The position numbers and the translations under genes are program-made. The notes below the pieces were generated by a model. That model was not told where the DNA came from, did no database searches, and was given only the letters and a program-made list of their open reading frames with translations. DNA of 63,038 bases, the filler included, from Octopus bimaculoides (lineage: Eukaryota), in the NCBI RefSeq assembly GCF_001194135.2. It is 8 parts of 8 records of this genome, joined end to end, with 100 filler letters (N's around TTAATTAATTAA, not from the genome) between each part and the next. Parts side by side here need not be neighbours in the genome. Positions count along the whole stretch, not along the records: positions 1 to 3,334 come from NW_026312545.1; positions 3,435 to 11,670 come from NC_069009.1; positions 11,771 to 18,897 come from NC_068983.1; 5 more parts are not named here. One strand, given 5' to 3'. This document shows positions 1 to 13,066 of the stretch, piece after piece. The stretch's first letter is position 1, and each line of letters opens with the position of its first letter.

Positions 1-243
1 TTACACGTTAATTTCACGAGCAGGCTGTTCTGTTGATCGGATCAGCTGGAGCCCTCGACGTCGTAAGTGACGGAGTGCCAACAACACACACATATATATA
101 TATACACCACGTCAAAACGGTAGAGGAGTAGGGGCCGAAACTCTTCTTCCTCTCGTCCTTGTTGTCTCCGTAGGCTTTACTCGGGTAGCCAACTTCCATT
201 TGCAAGTATTTGGAGACCTACCATTTTTGTGGCACTTCCCCCG

Positions 244-1492
244 GAAACAACTTCTATCTCATTCCAGGGTGAAAAACTAGAGGTAGTCGATAGCTTCCGC
301 TATCTGGGCGACCAAGTTAGTAGTGGGGGTGGGTGCGCTGAAAGTGTAGCTGCTAGAATAAGAATAGCCTGGGCAAAGTTTAGAGAGCTCTTACCCCTGC
401 TGGCGACAAAGGGACTCTCACTCAGAGTAAAAGGCAGACTGTATGACGCATGCGTACGAACAGCCATGCTACATGGCAGTGAAACATGGGCTGTAACTGC
501 TGAGGACATACGTAAGCTCGCAAGGAATGAAGCCAGTATGCTCCGTTGGATGTGTNNNNNNNNNNNNNNNNNNNNNNNNNNNNNNNNNNNNNNNNNNNNN
601 NNNNNNNNNNNNNNNNNNNNNNNNNNNNNNNNNNNNNNNNNNNNNNNNNNNNNNNNNNNNNNNNNNNNNNNNNNNNNNNNNNNNNNNNNNNNNNNNNNNN
701 NNNNNNNNNNNNNNNNNNNNNNNNNNNNNNNNNNNNNNNNNNNNNNNNNNNNNNNNNNNNNNNNNNNNNNNNNNNNNNNNNNNNNNNNNNNNNNNNNNNN
801 NNNNNNNNNNNNNNNNNNNNNNNNNNNNNNNNNNNNNNNNNNNNNNNNNNNNNNNNNNNNNNNNNNNNNNNNNNNNNNNNNNNNNNNNNNNNNNNNNNNN
901 NNNNNNNNNNNNNNNNNNNNNNNNNNNNNNNNNNNNNNNNNNNNNNNNNNNNNNNNNNNNNNNNNNNNNNNNNNNNNNNNNNNNNNNNNNNNNNNNNNNN
1001 NNNNNNNNNNNNNNNNNNNNNNNNNNNNNNNNNNNNNNNNNNNNNNNNNNNNNNNNNNNNNNNNNNNNNNNNNNNNNNNNNNNNNNNNNNNNNNNNNNNN
1101 NNNNNNNNNNNNNNNNNNNNNNNNNNNNNNNNNNNNNNNNNNNNNNNNNNNNNNNNNNNNNNNNNNNNNNNNNNNNNNNNNNNNNNNNNNNNNNNNNNNN
1201 NNNNNNNNNNNNNNNNNNAGGATTTTCGAGGGAGATCGTTGCCAGTGCCCCTGGACTGGCTTGTGCGGGTGGCACATAAAAGACACCATTTCGAGCGTGG
1301 CCGTTTTCGTGCGGGTGACACGTAAAAGCACCCACTACACTCTCTGAGTGGCTGGCGTTAGGAAGGGCATCCAGCTGTAGAAACTCTGCCAAATTAGACT
1401 GGAGCCTGGTGTTGCCATCCGGTTTCACCAGTCCTCAGTCAAATCGTCCAACCCATGCTAGCATGGAAAGCGGACGTTAAACGATGATGATA
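244..1492 (+). mobile_element. 5'-truncated RTE-clade LINE (RT C-terminal region, gap, 3' UTR, (GAT)n tail)
   Basis: GEKLEVVDSFRYLG..RIRIAWAKFRELLPLL..RVKGRLYDACVRTAMLHGSETW..RWMC is typical of RTE. After the gap comes the aggaagggcatccagc...ggacgttaaacgatgatga tail. Confidence 0.85.
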
Positions 1493-3039
1493 CACACACA
1501 CGTACGCAACTATCCTGCTGATGTTCAAATTCCAGTGAAGGAGCCTAGATGTGCTAGAAACTGGCTCTTTCTCTAGAAATAAAAACTAAATAGCATACAC
1601 ACTACGCCCGTCCTGTATATAAAGAAGATAAACAGAGTTAGTCATGAAATACATATTTCCATGGGGCATGAAAATACAGAATAAAATAAAGAAAATATGT
1701 AACCACTCGAAAGCCCAGACTTCGTTAAAAACTACAATGCGCATACGACAGGTGCAACCAGTCACATACATATCACAAGTATGGCTTCCTCTCCATAAAG
1801 AGAAGACGGGCAAATGCGATTTTGATTTCTCTTATATGGCTACTCTTGACACTTTGAGCCTTTCCGTGGACAAAAAAGTCGCGGTTAATGTTTACAACTT
1901 GACCCGTAACTTCTTTTACCTTCTCTTAACTTGTCATTTAGTTTATTGAGTTAACATAAAAAAGATTAAAATACGCCTGCACTTTATGGAAAAATACATT
2001 GTAGTGCTGAAAAAGGATTTGATTAACGTTTACAATTTGACCCGGATACGTAAATCTGAAAAAAATAGGGCAAGAGATTTNNNNNNNNNNNNNNNNNNNN
2101 NNNNNNNNNNNNNNNNNNNNNNNNNNNNNNNNNNNNNNNNNNNNNNNNNNNNNNNNNNNNNNNNNNNNNNNNNNNNNNNNNNNNNNNNNNNNNNNNNNNN
2201 NNNNNNNNNNNNNNNNNNNNNNNNNNNNNNNNNNNNNNNNNNNNNNNNNNNNNNNNNNNNNNNNNNNNNNNNNNNNNNNNNNNNNNNNNNNNNNNNNNNN
2301 NNNNNNNNNNNNNNNNNNNNNNNNNNNNNNNNNNNNNNNNNNNNNNNNNNNNNNNNNNNNNNNNNNNNNNNNNNNNNNNNNNNNNNNNNNNNNNNNNNNN
2401 NNNNNNNNNNNNNNNNNNNNNNNNNNNNNNNNNNNNNNNNNNNNNNNNNNNNNNNNNNNNNNNNNNNNNNNNNNNNNNNNNNNNNNNNNNNNNNNNNNNN
2501 NNNNNNNNNNNNNNNNNNNNNNNNNNNNNNNNNNNNNNNNNNNNNNNNNNNNNNNNNNNNNNNNNNNNNNNNNNNNNNNNNNNNNNNNNNNNNNNNNNNN
2601 NNNNNNNNNNNNNNNNNNNNNNNNNNNNNNNNNNNNNNNNNNNNNNNNNNNNNNNNNNNNNNNNNNNNNNNNNNNNNNNNNNNNNNNNNNNNNNNNNNNN
2701 NNNNNNNNNNNNNNNNNNNNNNNNNNNNNNNNNNNNNNNNNNNNNNNNNNNNNNNNNNNNNNNNNNNNNNNNNNNNNNNNNNNNNNNNNNNNNNNNNNNN
2801 NNNNNNNNNNNNNNNNNNNNNNNNNNNNNNNNNNNNNNNNNNNNNNNNNNNNNNNNNNNNNNNNNNNNNNNNNNNNNNNNNNNNNNNNNNNNNNNNNNNN
2901 NNNNNNNNNNNNNNNNNNNNNNNNCCTCAACTCGGAACCATGTGGTTGGTAAGCAAGCTGCTTACCACATAGCTACTCCTGCGCCTATGGTAAAGGTGGA
3001 CTTGTAAAAATTTAACGTAACTGTATATATCATCATCAT

Positions 3040-3262
3040 CATCATCATCGTTTAACGTCCGCTTTCCATGCTTGCATGGGTTGGACGATTTGACTGAGGA
3101 CTGGTGAACCAGAAGGCTACACCAGGCTCCAATCTGATTTGGCAGAGTTTCTACAGCTGGATGCCCTTCCTAACGCCAACCACTCTGAGAGTGTAGTGGG
3201 TGCTTTTACGTGCCACCGGCACGAAGGCCAGTCAGGCGGTACTGGCAACGATCTCACTCGAA
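3040..3262 (-). mobile_element. RTE 3'-UTR tail copy
   Basis: catcatc-gtttaacgtccgctttccatgc...ggatgcccttcctaacgccaaccac, the reverse complement of the tail at 1330-1492. Confidence 0.8.
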
Positions 3263-3334
3263 TGTCTAAGAAAAGTATATGCTATGTACCCAAACTTTGT
3301 GGACACCCTGTACATGATATGTATATATGTGTTT

Positions 3335-3434
3335 NNNNNNNNNNNNNNNNNNNNNNNNNNNNNNNNNNNNNNNNNNNNTTAATTAATTAANNNNNNNNNN
3401 NNNNNNNNNNNNNNNNNNNNNNNNNNNNNNNNNN
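3335..3434. other. Assembly spacer: 44 N + TTAATTAATTAA + 44 N (also spacer cores at 11715, 18942, 32953, 49059, 54617, 61046)
   Basis: The identical 12-mer, which has stops in all six frames, sits at the centre of seven 100-bp gaps. Confidence 0.95.
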
Positions 3435-3669
3435 TACCACGTGATAGGATTGAACCGAAATTACCAAGCTCTTTAGCTAAACCAGAAATAAATGCATTGA
3501 CAGGTGTACTCAGGAAAACACGAATGCACTTGTGTCTCTGCATGTGAGTGCATACATGCATGAATGCTTACTTTTGTACAAGTGCAAGAGACCAGTGTAT
3601 GTGACGGTGTGTGGGTGTGTGTGTCTGTATGTGTGTACATGTAATTGTATATATATATATGTGTATGTG

Positions 3670-3733
<64 letters not shown>

Positions 3734-4994
3734 NNNNNNNNNNNNNNNNNNNNNNNNNNNNNNNNNNNNNNNNNNNNNNNNNNNNNNNNNNNNNNNNNNN
3801 NNNNNNNNNNNNNNNNNNNNNNNNNNNNNNNNNNNNNNNNNNNNNNNNNNNNNNNNNNNNNNNNNNNNNNNNNNNNNNNNNNNNNNNNNNNNNNNNNNNN
3901 NNNNNNNNNNNNNNNNNNNNNNNNNNNNNNNNNNNNNNNNNNNNNNNNNNNNNNNNNNNNNNNNNNNNNNNNNNNNNNNNNNNNNNNNNNNNNNNNNNNN
4001 NNNNNNNNNNNNNNNNNNNNNNNNNNNNNNNNNNNNNNNNNNNNNNNNNNNNNNNNNNNNNNNNNNNNNNNNNNNNNNNNNNNNNNNNNNNNNNNNNNNN
4101 NNNNNNNNNNNNNNNNNNNNNNNNNNNNNNNNNNNNNNNNNNNNNNNNATATATATATATATAGATTGATAGATACATACATATACACACACATATTAAT
4201 GTGTGGGCGTTTACATGTATTGAAGTTCACTCTCTCTATCTCCTCTTTTCCCAATTTCTGTTTCTGCAAAGTTGATTGCACTTTTGCACTCATGCCCTCT
4301 CACTTAACCCACTCCTCACCATTTTCCCTTCCCCCTTCACCCTAATACTTAATCACTCCAGTAGTGCATCTGATGCATTAACCAGCTCTCCCTTCGTTCC
4401 ATGAACATCCCTCCCTCTCCTTCAATTGGGTCCTTAATTTGCGTAACCTTTTACTCTGTAACCCTTCTACTCTACTTAACAATCAGCCAGGAAATTTCCC
4501 CATCTCCTGAGCTTATTTGTAACACATGTTCTTTAAATCCACAACACTATTAGTCTTCTTGGACCCAGTCAGTGTTTTTTCTGTGTCACTATTTGACATT
4601 CACCAATAGAAGTATCCTTATCAATACCTTCAGTGTCAGTTCTGTTATCTCTTATATATTTGGGGAAATCACTTATAGGTTTGCAGATTTTATGAACATC
4701 TGAACATCTGCATAAGCAATGCCCCACCATCTCTCTGCTACTTTGACTCACTGTGCACACTTTTTCATGTGTCTCTCCATTTGGATCCTTGTAGTATTTC
4801 ACACTGTAGTGCTCTTGTTTCTCACCATCATAAAGAACAATATCTCATCTTCTGTCTCAGCACACTACATTTGCACAGCTGTAGGTTTGCGGACTACATG
4901 TCTGCTATGTGATGTCTTTTGGCACTTCAACTCACTACACATACTATTTCCTATCTCACAGTTCAGATTTATTTGTAGTTCACTCCATAATACT

Positions 4995-5172
4995 TCTGTT
5001 TGGTGCCATAGAAAAAGCATCCAGTCCACATTCTGGCTAGTGTTTGGAAGGGCATCCAGCTGTAAAAATCATGCCAAAACAGAAAGTGGTAATTGGTGCA
5101 GTCTTCTTCCTTGCTAGATTCTCCCAAACTGTCAAACCTATGCCAGTATGGAAAACATTTGATAATGATGAT
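4995..5172 (+). mobile_element. Diverged RTE 3'-tail copy
   Basis: ggaagggcatccagctgtaaaa...gcc.gtatggaaaa..gataatgatga. Confidence 0.6.
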
Positions 5173-5177
5173 ATATA

Positions 5178-5249
<72 letters not shown>

Positions 5250-5279
5250 TATATCATGTATATATATTTAAAATTATAT

Positions 5280-5506
5280 TCTTTTATTCCTTTATTTGTT
5301 TCAGTCGCTTGACTGAGGCCATGCTGGAGCACCACCTCTAGTCGAGTAAGTCGATCCCACGACTTATTTTTTGTAAGCCTAGTACTTATTTTATCAGTCT
5401 CTTTTGCTGAATCGCTAAGTTACAGGGACGTAAACACACCAACATCCGTTGTCAAGCAATGGTGGGGGGACAAACACAGACACACAAATACACACACACA
5501 CACACA

Positions 5507-5510
<4 letters not shown>
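5280..5510 (-). mobile_element. Family-C SINE 3' half running into (AT)n and a gap
   Basis: ttgtttcagtc..gaccatgctggagcacc..gggggacaaacacagacacac. Confidence 0.7.
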
Positions 5511-5544
<34 letters not shown>

Positions 5545-6167
5545 NNNNNNNNNNNNNNNNNNNNNNNNNNNNNNNNNNNNNNNNNNNNNNNNNNNNNNNN
5601 NNNNNNNNNNNNNNNNNNNNNNNNNNNNNNNNNNNNNNNNNNNNNNNNNNNNNNNNNNNNNNNNNNNNNNNNNNNNNNNNNNNNNNNNNNNNNNNNNNNN
5701 NNNNNNNNNNNNNNNNNNNNNNNNNNNNNNNNNNNNNNNNNNNNNNNNNNNNNNNNNNNNNNNNNNNNNNNNNNNNNNNNNNNNNNNNNNNNNNNNNNNN
5801 NNNNNNNNNNNNNNNNNNNNNNNNNNNNNNNNNNNNNNNNNNNNNNNNNNNNNNNNNNNNNNNNNNNNNNNNNNNNNNNNNNNNNNNNNNNNNNNNNNNN
5901 NNNNNNNNNNNNNNNNNNNNNNNNNNNNNNNNNNNNNNNNNNNNNNNNNNNNNNNNNNNNNNNNNNNNNNNNNNNNNNNNNNNNNNNNNNNNNNNNNNNN
6001 NNNNNNNNNNNNNNNNATATATATACACAAAGAGAGAAAGAGAGAGAGTGACAGACAGAGCAGTGAGAGGCTTACAACTTAAATATTGATCACTAAGTGC
6101 TCATGGATGTAGATTATCGCTAAATTATAAATAGTTAAATCATTATATTTGTCCTCGTTGAGCTATT

Positions 6168-6171
6168 TTTG

Positions 6172-6239
<68 letters not shown>

Positions 6240-6560
6240 GATGAAAATAAAAATTTGTTATTATCATTATTATTATTTCTATTATTTTACTTTTACCGCC
6301 ACCACTACAACTACAACCACTACTACTATCACAAGTAATACCACCACAACTGCTACTACTACCACTACCACTAACACGGGTAATACTACTACTACCACCA
6401 CCACCACCATCACTACTACCATAACTAATACTACCACCACTACTACCACCACAACTACCACAACTACAACCAACACTACTACTACTACTACCACCACCAC
6501 CACCATAACTAATACTGCCACCACAACTACTGGTACTACCACAGCCACAACTACAGCCAA

Positions 6561-6593
<33 letters not shown>

Positions 6594-6600
6594 CACTACT
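6168..6600. repeat. (ATA)n followed by (ACT/ACC)n microsatellites
   Basis: Direct reading. Confidence 0.9.
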
Positions 6601-6909
6601 ACTTTACTGCTGATGGTGATGATGATACTGCTTGAATTTCCTGAATCTTGACTTAAAAGTTGTGTAACGGTTTATCAGCAATTTCTGATATAGTTCTTTT
6701 TTTTTTTTGTTTCTTTTTTCCCGTTTTGTCTTTTTCCCCTACCTTACTACCATGTGACCGGATTGAACCTAAATTACCAAGCTCTTTAGCTAAACCAGAA
6801 ATAAATGCATTGACAGGCGTACTCAGGAAAACACGAATGCACTTGTGTCTCTGCATGCGAGATGCAACGATGTTTAGCAATGTCCGTACAGACATTGCAA
6901 ATGCATATA

Positions 6910-6971
<62 letters not shown>

Positions 6972-7143
6972 ATAGATATGTATATGAGTATATATGTATA
7001 TATACACACACACACACACATGCATATATACGTATGTACATATTTGTATTTCTATATACGGATATATACATACATATGTACACGAATATATGTGCACACA
7101 CACACGCACACACACACATTTATATATATATACATAAATATGG

Positions 7144-7209
<66 letters not shown>

Positions 7210-8178
7210 TTAGTTATATGTACATATATATATGCATCCATACATACATACATACACACGTACATATGTGTAAATATATATATATATATNNNNNNNNNNN
7301 NNNNNNNNNNNNNNNNNNNNNNNNNNNNNNNNNNNNNNNNNNNNNNNNNNNNNNNNNNNNNNNNNNNNNNNNNNNNNNNNNNNNNNNNNNNNNNNNNNNN
7401 NNNNNNNNNNNNNNNNNNNNNNNNNNNNNNNNNNNNNNNNNNNNNNNNNNNNNNNNNNNNNNNNNNNNNNNNNNNNNNNNNNNNNNNNNNNNNNNNNNNN
7501 NNNNNNNNNNNNNNNNNNNNNNNNNNNNNNNNNNNNNNNNNNNNNNNNNNNNNNNNNNNNNNNNNNNNNNNNNNNNNNNNNNNNNNNNNNNNNNNNNNNN
7601 NNNNNNNNNNNNNNNNNNNNNNNNNNNNNNNNNNNNNNNNNNNNNNNNNNNNNNNNNNNNNNNNNNNNNNNNNNNNNNNNNNNNNNNNNNNNNNNNNNNN
7701 NNNNNNNNNNNNNNNNNNNNNNNNNNNNNNNNNNNNNNNNNNNNNNNNNNNNNNNNNNNNNNNNNNNNNNNNNNNNNNNNNNNNNNNNNNNNNNNNNNNN
7801 NNNNNNNNNNNNNNNNNNNNNNNNNNNNNNNNNNNNNNNNNNNNNNNNNNNNNNNNNNNNNNNNNNNNNNNNNNNNNNNNNNNNNNNNNNNNNNNNNNNN
7901 NNNNNNNNNNNNNNNNNNNNNNNNNNNNNNNNNNNNNNNNNNNNNNNNNNNNNNNNNNNNNNNNNNNNNNNNNNNNNNNNNNNNNNNNNNNNNNNNNNNN
8001 NNNNNNNNNNNNNNNNNNNNNNNNNNNNNNNNNNNNNNNNNNNNNNNNNNNNNNNNNNNNNNNNNNNNNNNNNNNNNNNNNNNNNNNNNNNNNNNNNNNN
8101 NNNNNNNNNNNNNNNNNNNNNNNNNNNNNNNNNNNNNNNNNNNNNNNNNNNNNNNNNNNNNNNNNNNNNNNNNNNNNN

Positions 8179-8239
<61 letters not shown>

Positions 8240-8297
8240 ATGTGTGTGTTATTATTATAAAGACCAAGAGAGAAGATGGAGATAAGATTAATAAAAA

Positions 8298-8958
8298 TTA
8301 GATGCACTTGATACATGCCTCCTCGTTGAGTCTGAGGGCATGTGCGAAGAATGGAGGCATAACATTGCCATCACCACTGATCACTCCAAACACCATGATG
8401 TTGACTGGATGTTTGATTTTTATCACTCGCAGTACATGTTTTGGGGACACAGCAAGCCAACGGTCCTTCTGTCTGTTCACCATCTGATCCTGGCAGAAAT
8501 TTTTCTTGTCTGAGAAAATCCAAAGCCTGTTCGATTGGAGGAAATGCTTGAGTTTGTTCAAAAGTTTCATAATGCAGCCTTTCCTCCTGACCTTGATGAC
8601 TTGGAATAAACATTGGCCCTTTCTCAACTTGTATGAGGAATACCGAATGTCTTCATGCACTGCCTGCATGATAAGAAACTCAGACACCCCTATGTCCCTA
8701 GTGATGGACCTGATTGACTTGGAGGGATCCTTGTCAATCATGGCCTGAATCTCAACAACAAATTCAGGAGTTCTTTTCTTATCAGAATGATCAGAGTGAG
8801 TTTTCCGAGCTGCTGTACCTTCGTAATCACCATTAGACTCATCCAACTCTTTCTGAATCCTCTGCACTGTCCTCAGAGTAACATCCAAACACTCTGAAAT
8901 GTTCATATTGGAGTTTCTGGCATGAATGCCAAACAGTACAGCATGTTGTTTCTAAATT
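8298..8958 (-). mobile_element. Tc1/mariner superfamily transposase remnant, maT/DD37D-like
   Basis: ORF with LWIFSDKKNF..MVNRQKDRWLA..HPVNIMVFGVISGDG.VMPPFF..LRLN.EACI and an N-terminal HTH (RTVQRI; SIRSITRDIGVS). Truncated on both sides. Confidence 0.8.
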
Positions 8959-8962
8959 TCTG

Positions 8963-9552
8963 GCACATAAAAGCACCCACTACAATCTCGGAGTGGTTGG
9001 CATTAGGAAGGGCATCCAGCTGTAGAAACTCTGCCAGATCAGATTGGAGCCTGGTGTAGCCATCCGGTTGCACCAGTCCTCAGTCAAATCGTCCAACCCA
9101 TGCTAGCATGGAAAGCAGACGTTAAACGATGATGATGATGATGATATATATATATATATATATATATCGTTGCCAGTACCGCCTGACTGGCCATCATGCC
9201 GGTGGCACGTAAAAGCACCCACTACACTCTCGGAGTGGTTGGCATTAGGAAGGGCATCCAGCNNNNNNNNNNNNNNNNNNNNNNNNNNNNNNNNNNNNNN
9301 CCAAACACTCTGAAATGTTCATATTGGAGTTTCTGGCATGAATGCCAAACAGTACAGCATGTTGTTTCTAAATTTCTGGCACATAAAAGCACCCACTACA
9401 ATCTCGGAGTGGTTGGCATTAGGAAGGGCATCCAGCTGTAGAAACTTTGCCAGATCAGATTGGAGCCTGGTGCAGCCTTCTTGCTCACTGGCCCTCAGTC
9501 AAACAGTCCAACCCATGCCGGCATGGAAAGCGGACGTTAAAAGATGATGATG
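8963..9552 (+). mobile_element. Cluster of RTE 3'-tail copies (partly duplicated across a gap)
   Basis: Three starts of aaaagcacccactac..aggaagggcatccagc at about 8968, 9211 and 9385. Confidence 0.75.
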
Positions 9553-11400
9553 ATAATGGCAACATCACCATCAGCAGCAGCACCACCATTTTCATTAATG
9601 ACTGAAACAACAACATTGACTGCAACAATACTGAAACAGTAACAACTGCTATCTGTAACACTAGCGCTACCACCAATACTAGCACTACCACTGTAGCTAT
9701 GTCTACTCTGACCTTTATCAGTACAACTACTACTACTACCACCAACACTAACACTGCCACCACCACCACCAACAACAACAACACTAACAGTGACAGCACT
9801 CTAACAGTGACATACCACTACCTGTACTACAACTGCTGCTACCACCACCTCAACAACAACAACGCTAATAACACTAATAGTGACACCCACCGCAACATAC
9901 CACCACCTATACTACATTTGCCACTACCACCTCAACAACAACAGTAACGGTGACTGCACCATAACATGTCATCACCTGTACTACAATTGACACTACTGCA
10001 ACCCCTACCACCAATAACAAAAGTAACTGTGACAACACCACAGGATACCATTACCTATACTATATTTGTCTCTACCACCACCACCACCAACAACAACTAC
10101 AACACTAACAGTGACAGCACCACAACATATCACCACCGCTACTATAATTTTTGTTACAGCCACCACAAATGCTAACAACAACATAAATGCTAACACCATG
10201 GACCACCATCATCACCACCACCACCATCACCACCACCATCACCACCATCACCACCCTTTCCAACAATAACACCAACACCATCATCATCAGAGCCACCACC
10301 ACCACCATCAGCACAACTACCACCATTGCCATCAACGCAAAACACTGCTGCTACCACCATTACCAATAACACCACCACTACCACCACCACTACCACCACC
10401 ACTGCCACGACCAACAACAGTAACAACAAGATANNNNNNNNNNNNNNNNNNNNNNNNNNNNNNNNNNNNNNNNNNNNNNNNNNNNNNNNNNNNNNNNNNN
10501 NNNNNNNCCACCATCACCACCATCACCACCCTTTCCAACAATAACACCAACACCATCATCATCAGAGCCACCACCACCACCATCAGCACAACTACCACCA
10601 TTGCCATCAACGCAAAACACTGCTGCTACCACCATTACCAATAACACCACCACTACCACCACCACTGCCACGACCAACAACAGTAACAACAAGATATTAG
10701 CGAGGGCACTGAGTGAGGATTGTGACTGAAATAGACTAATGATCGACGAGGTTGGCAAATATATAAAGGGACATGGGTGTTTAGGGGATACAATTGACTG
10801 GAAATGGCAATTACAACAACAATAATTAATGCTATGGCTACAACAGAAACGATTGTGACAACAACAACAATAACAGTATCAATATCAACAACAACAAACA
10901 ACAAAATGAATACAAGCATAAATAACAAGACAAGAGCTGCAAATTTATAATAATAACGATAACAGAATATAGCATAAGCAACAAGAACAACATCAACAAC
11001 ATGTAATGCGCAATCACAGCATGGCAAGAACAGAAATAATGCCACAGACAATAACAGCACATGACAACAGTTACAACAACAACAAAGACACCAGGAGCAA
11101 GTAAAAAGAACAAGAACAACAGCGATAGTAACTAGAACAACATCAGCAACAGGTACAATCACAACAAAAGCAACAAGCAGGAGCGAGAAAGAATAGTAAC
11201 AACAAATTGAATAATAATGAAAAGAGCAAACACGTTGATAAGTACAATAACAACAATAAAGATAACCATGCTAACAGCATTAAGTACAAAAAAACAAGAA
11301 GCCAAACCACAACTATAGTTATACACTAACAACAACAGCAATGATAACAGCGCCACCTATAGAAGCAGGAGTGCCATCAGCAGCAGCAGTTGTAGTAACG
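9540..11400. repeat. Degenerate (CAC/AAC/TAC)n low-complexity tract
   Basis: Mixed trinucleotide repeats; about 190 bp duplicated across the gap at 10434-10507. Confidence 0.85.
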
Positions 11401-11811
11401 AGTGTGGCAGATGCAGCAAGATCTTGAGAATCTCAACAGTTTCTTCTCATAGAATGTTTAACAATAGATAAGGGGGTGTTAAATATCTATAAATGTACAA
11501 GTCTCTCAGTACAAGTGCGTGTGGGTGTATCTACGTCATGTATAAATATATATATATATATATGAGCCAATGATAGACACCTCTGCATGGTAATTACACT
11601 TGATATTAATAGCAATAGCAGCCAAATCACTTTCAGATCATACCTTGCCATTCTGTGAAGGATAAAAAATNNNNNNNNNNNNNNNNNNNNNNNNNNNNNN
11701 NNNNNNNNNNNNNNTTAATTAATTAANNNNNNNNNNNNNNNNNNNNNNNNNNNNNNNNNNNNNNNNNNNNACACATGTATATAATTATATGAATATATAT
11801 ATTGAAATATT

Positions 11812-11845
<34 letters not shown>

Positions 11846-11989
11846 AATATATAAATAAACATACATATATATATGCATATATATAATGATATAAATATAT
11901 ATATATATATTGATATACTTAATCATATCTAAGGGAAATAGAAATTAATAAAAATTTTCACTTCCAGTGGCCTAGCGTGTAAAAATTTA

Positions 11990-12190
11990 GTGCAAAGACT
12001 ATGTATTAATTATAAAATACATCGTTATTATTAGATATATTATGATTATTATAGTAGACTTTCCATTTAATTCTAGTAATAAAATCCTTAATATTATTAA
12101 TAAGTTTCAAAATATATTCATTTCTAGATGAAATGGGGATATACTTCACAGATGAATTCAAAAAAAGTGGTTCTATCCTACCCGTAAGTT
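11990..12190 (-). mobile_element. Penelope-like element N-terminal ORF remnant in a very AT-rich tract
   Basis: Minus strand reads SSVKYIPISSRNEYILKLINNIKDFITRIKWKVYY, resembling the S.K.IP..S...Y...LI....FI.R.RWK N-terminus of PLE ORFs. Confidence 0.55.
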
Positions 12191-12679
12191 ACATAACTAA
12201 CGAAAATTGAAAGTTAAATACAAACAATAGACATTAGTTATAAATTGAAATATAAAAATAATTATGATAATAATATAAGGGGAAAAAATCCAAATTTACA
12301 GGGAAAAATTCAATTTAATTTATCAAAATTAAAATTAAATTAAATTTCACAATATATTATATATAAATATATAATTTAGAGAAAAAACCCCACAATTATT
12401 GAATTCATCCATAAAAATCCACAATTACATATAGAAAAATTTAATAAGTAAATACACTAAAAAGACCTATAATAAAAATCAAAAAGTACAAAGTAATAAA
12501 TATTAAAACAGTAAAAATGACTACATATAATTATATAGTGTGTATTAATTAGTATGATAATATTTTTCTTTTTAGCGAATATTATATATTCATAATTAAA
12601 TAACACTAATATTTTTATAAAATAAATAATATATATATGTTAATCAATTTATTTATTGTTAGTCGATATATATACTCTT

Positions 12680-12780
12680 TTAACTCTTTACTTGTTTCAG
12701 TTATTTGACTGTGGCCATGCTGGGGTACCGCCTTTAGTTGAGTAAATCAACCCCAGGACTTTTTCTTTGTAAGCCTAGTA
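12680..12780 (-). mobile_element. Family-C SINE 3' fragment
   Basis: ctcttttacttgtttcag..ttgactgtggccatgctgg..aagcctagta. Confidence 0.65.
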
Positions 12781-12933
12781 TATACATATATATACACACA
12801 TATATATATACATATATATACACACATATATATACATATATATACGCACATATAGATACACATACATATACATACATATATGTACACATATATATATACA
12901 TATATATATACATATATATATACACAGATATAC

Positions 12934-12964
<31 letters not shown>

Positions 12965-13035
12965 CACACATATATATATACATATATATATATATACACA
13001 CATATATATATATATACATATATATATATACACAC

Positions 13036-13066
<31 letters not shown>

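Noticed and set aside
527-2972. Long ORFs in the track made of X runs and YI/CV/HT/RE dipeptides (here and throughout the window)
   Set aside because: Artefacts of N gaps and dinucleotide microsatellites.
3379-3390. TTAATTAATTAA recurring seven times at long spacing, suggesting a regular motif or PacI sites
   Set aside because: It always sits at the centre of a 44N+12+44N block, so it is a scaffolding spacer and not biology.
6169-6651. Poly-Thr mucin-like or poly-His/poly-Val ORFs (also 9485-11356)
   Set aside because: Trinucleotide repeats open in several frames on both strands, with no splice or domain support.
8886-9445. Near-exact duplications across gaps (8886-9030/9301-9445, 10235-10433/10508-10695, 19390-19443/about 20565-20615, 49637-49696/49727-49796)
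   Set aside because: Each flanks an N gap with almost no divergence; most likely unmerged contig ends or allelic haplotypes.
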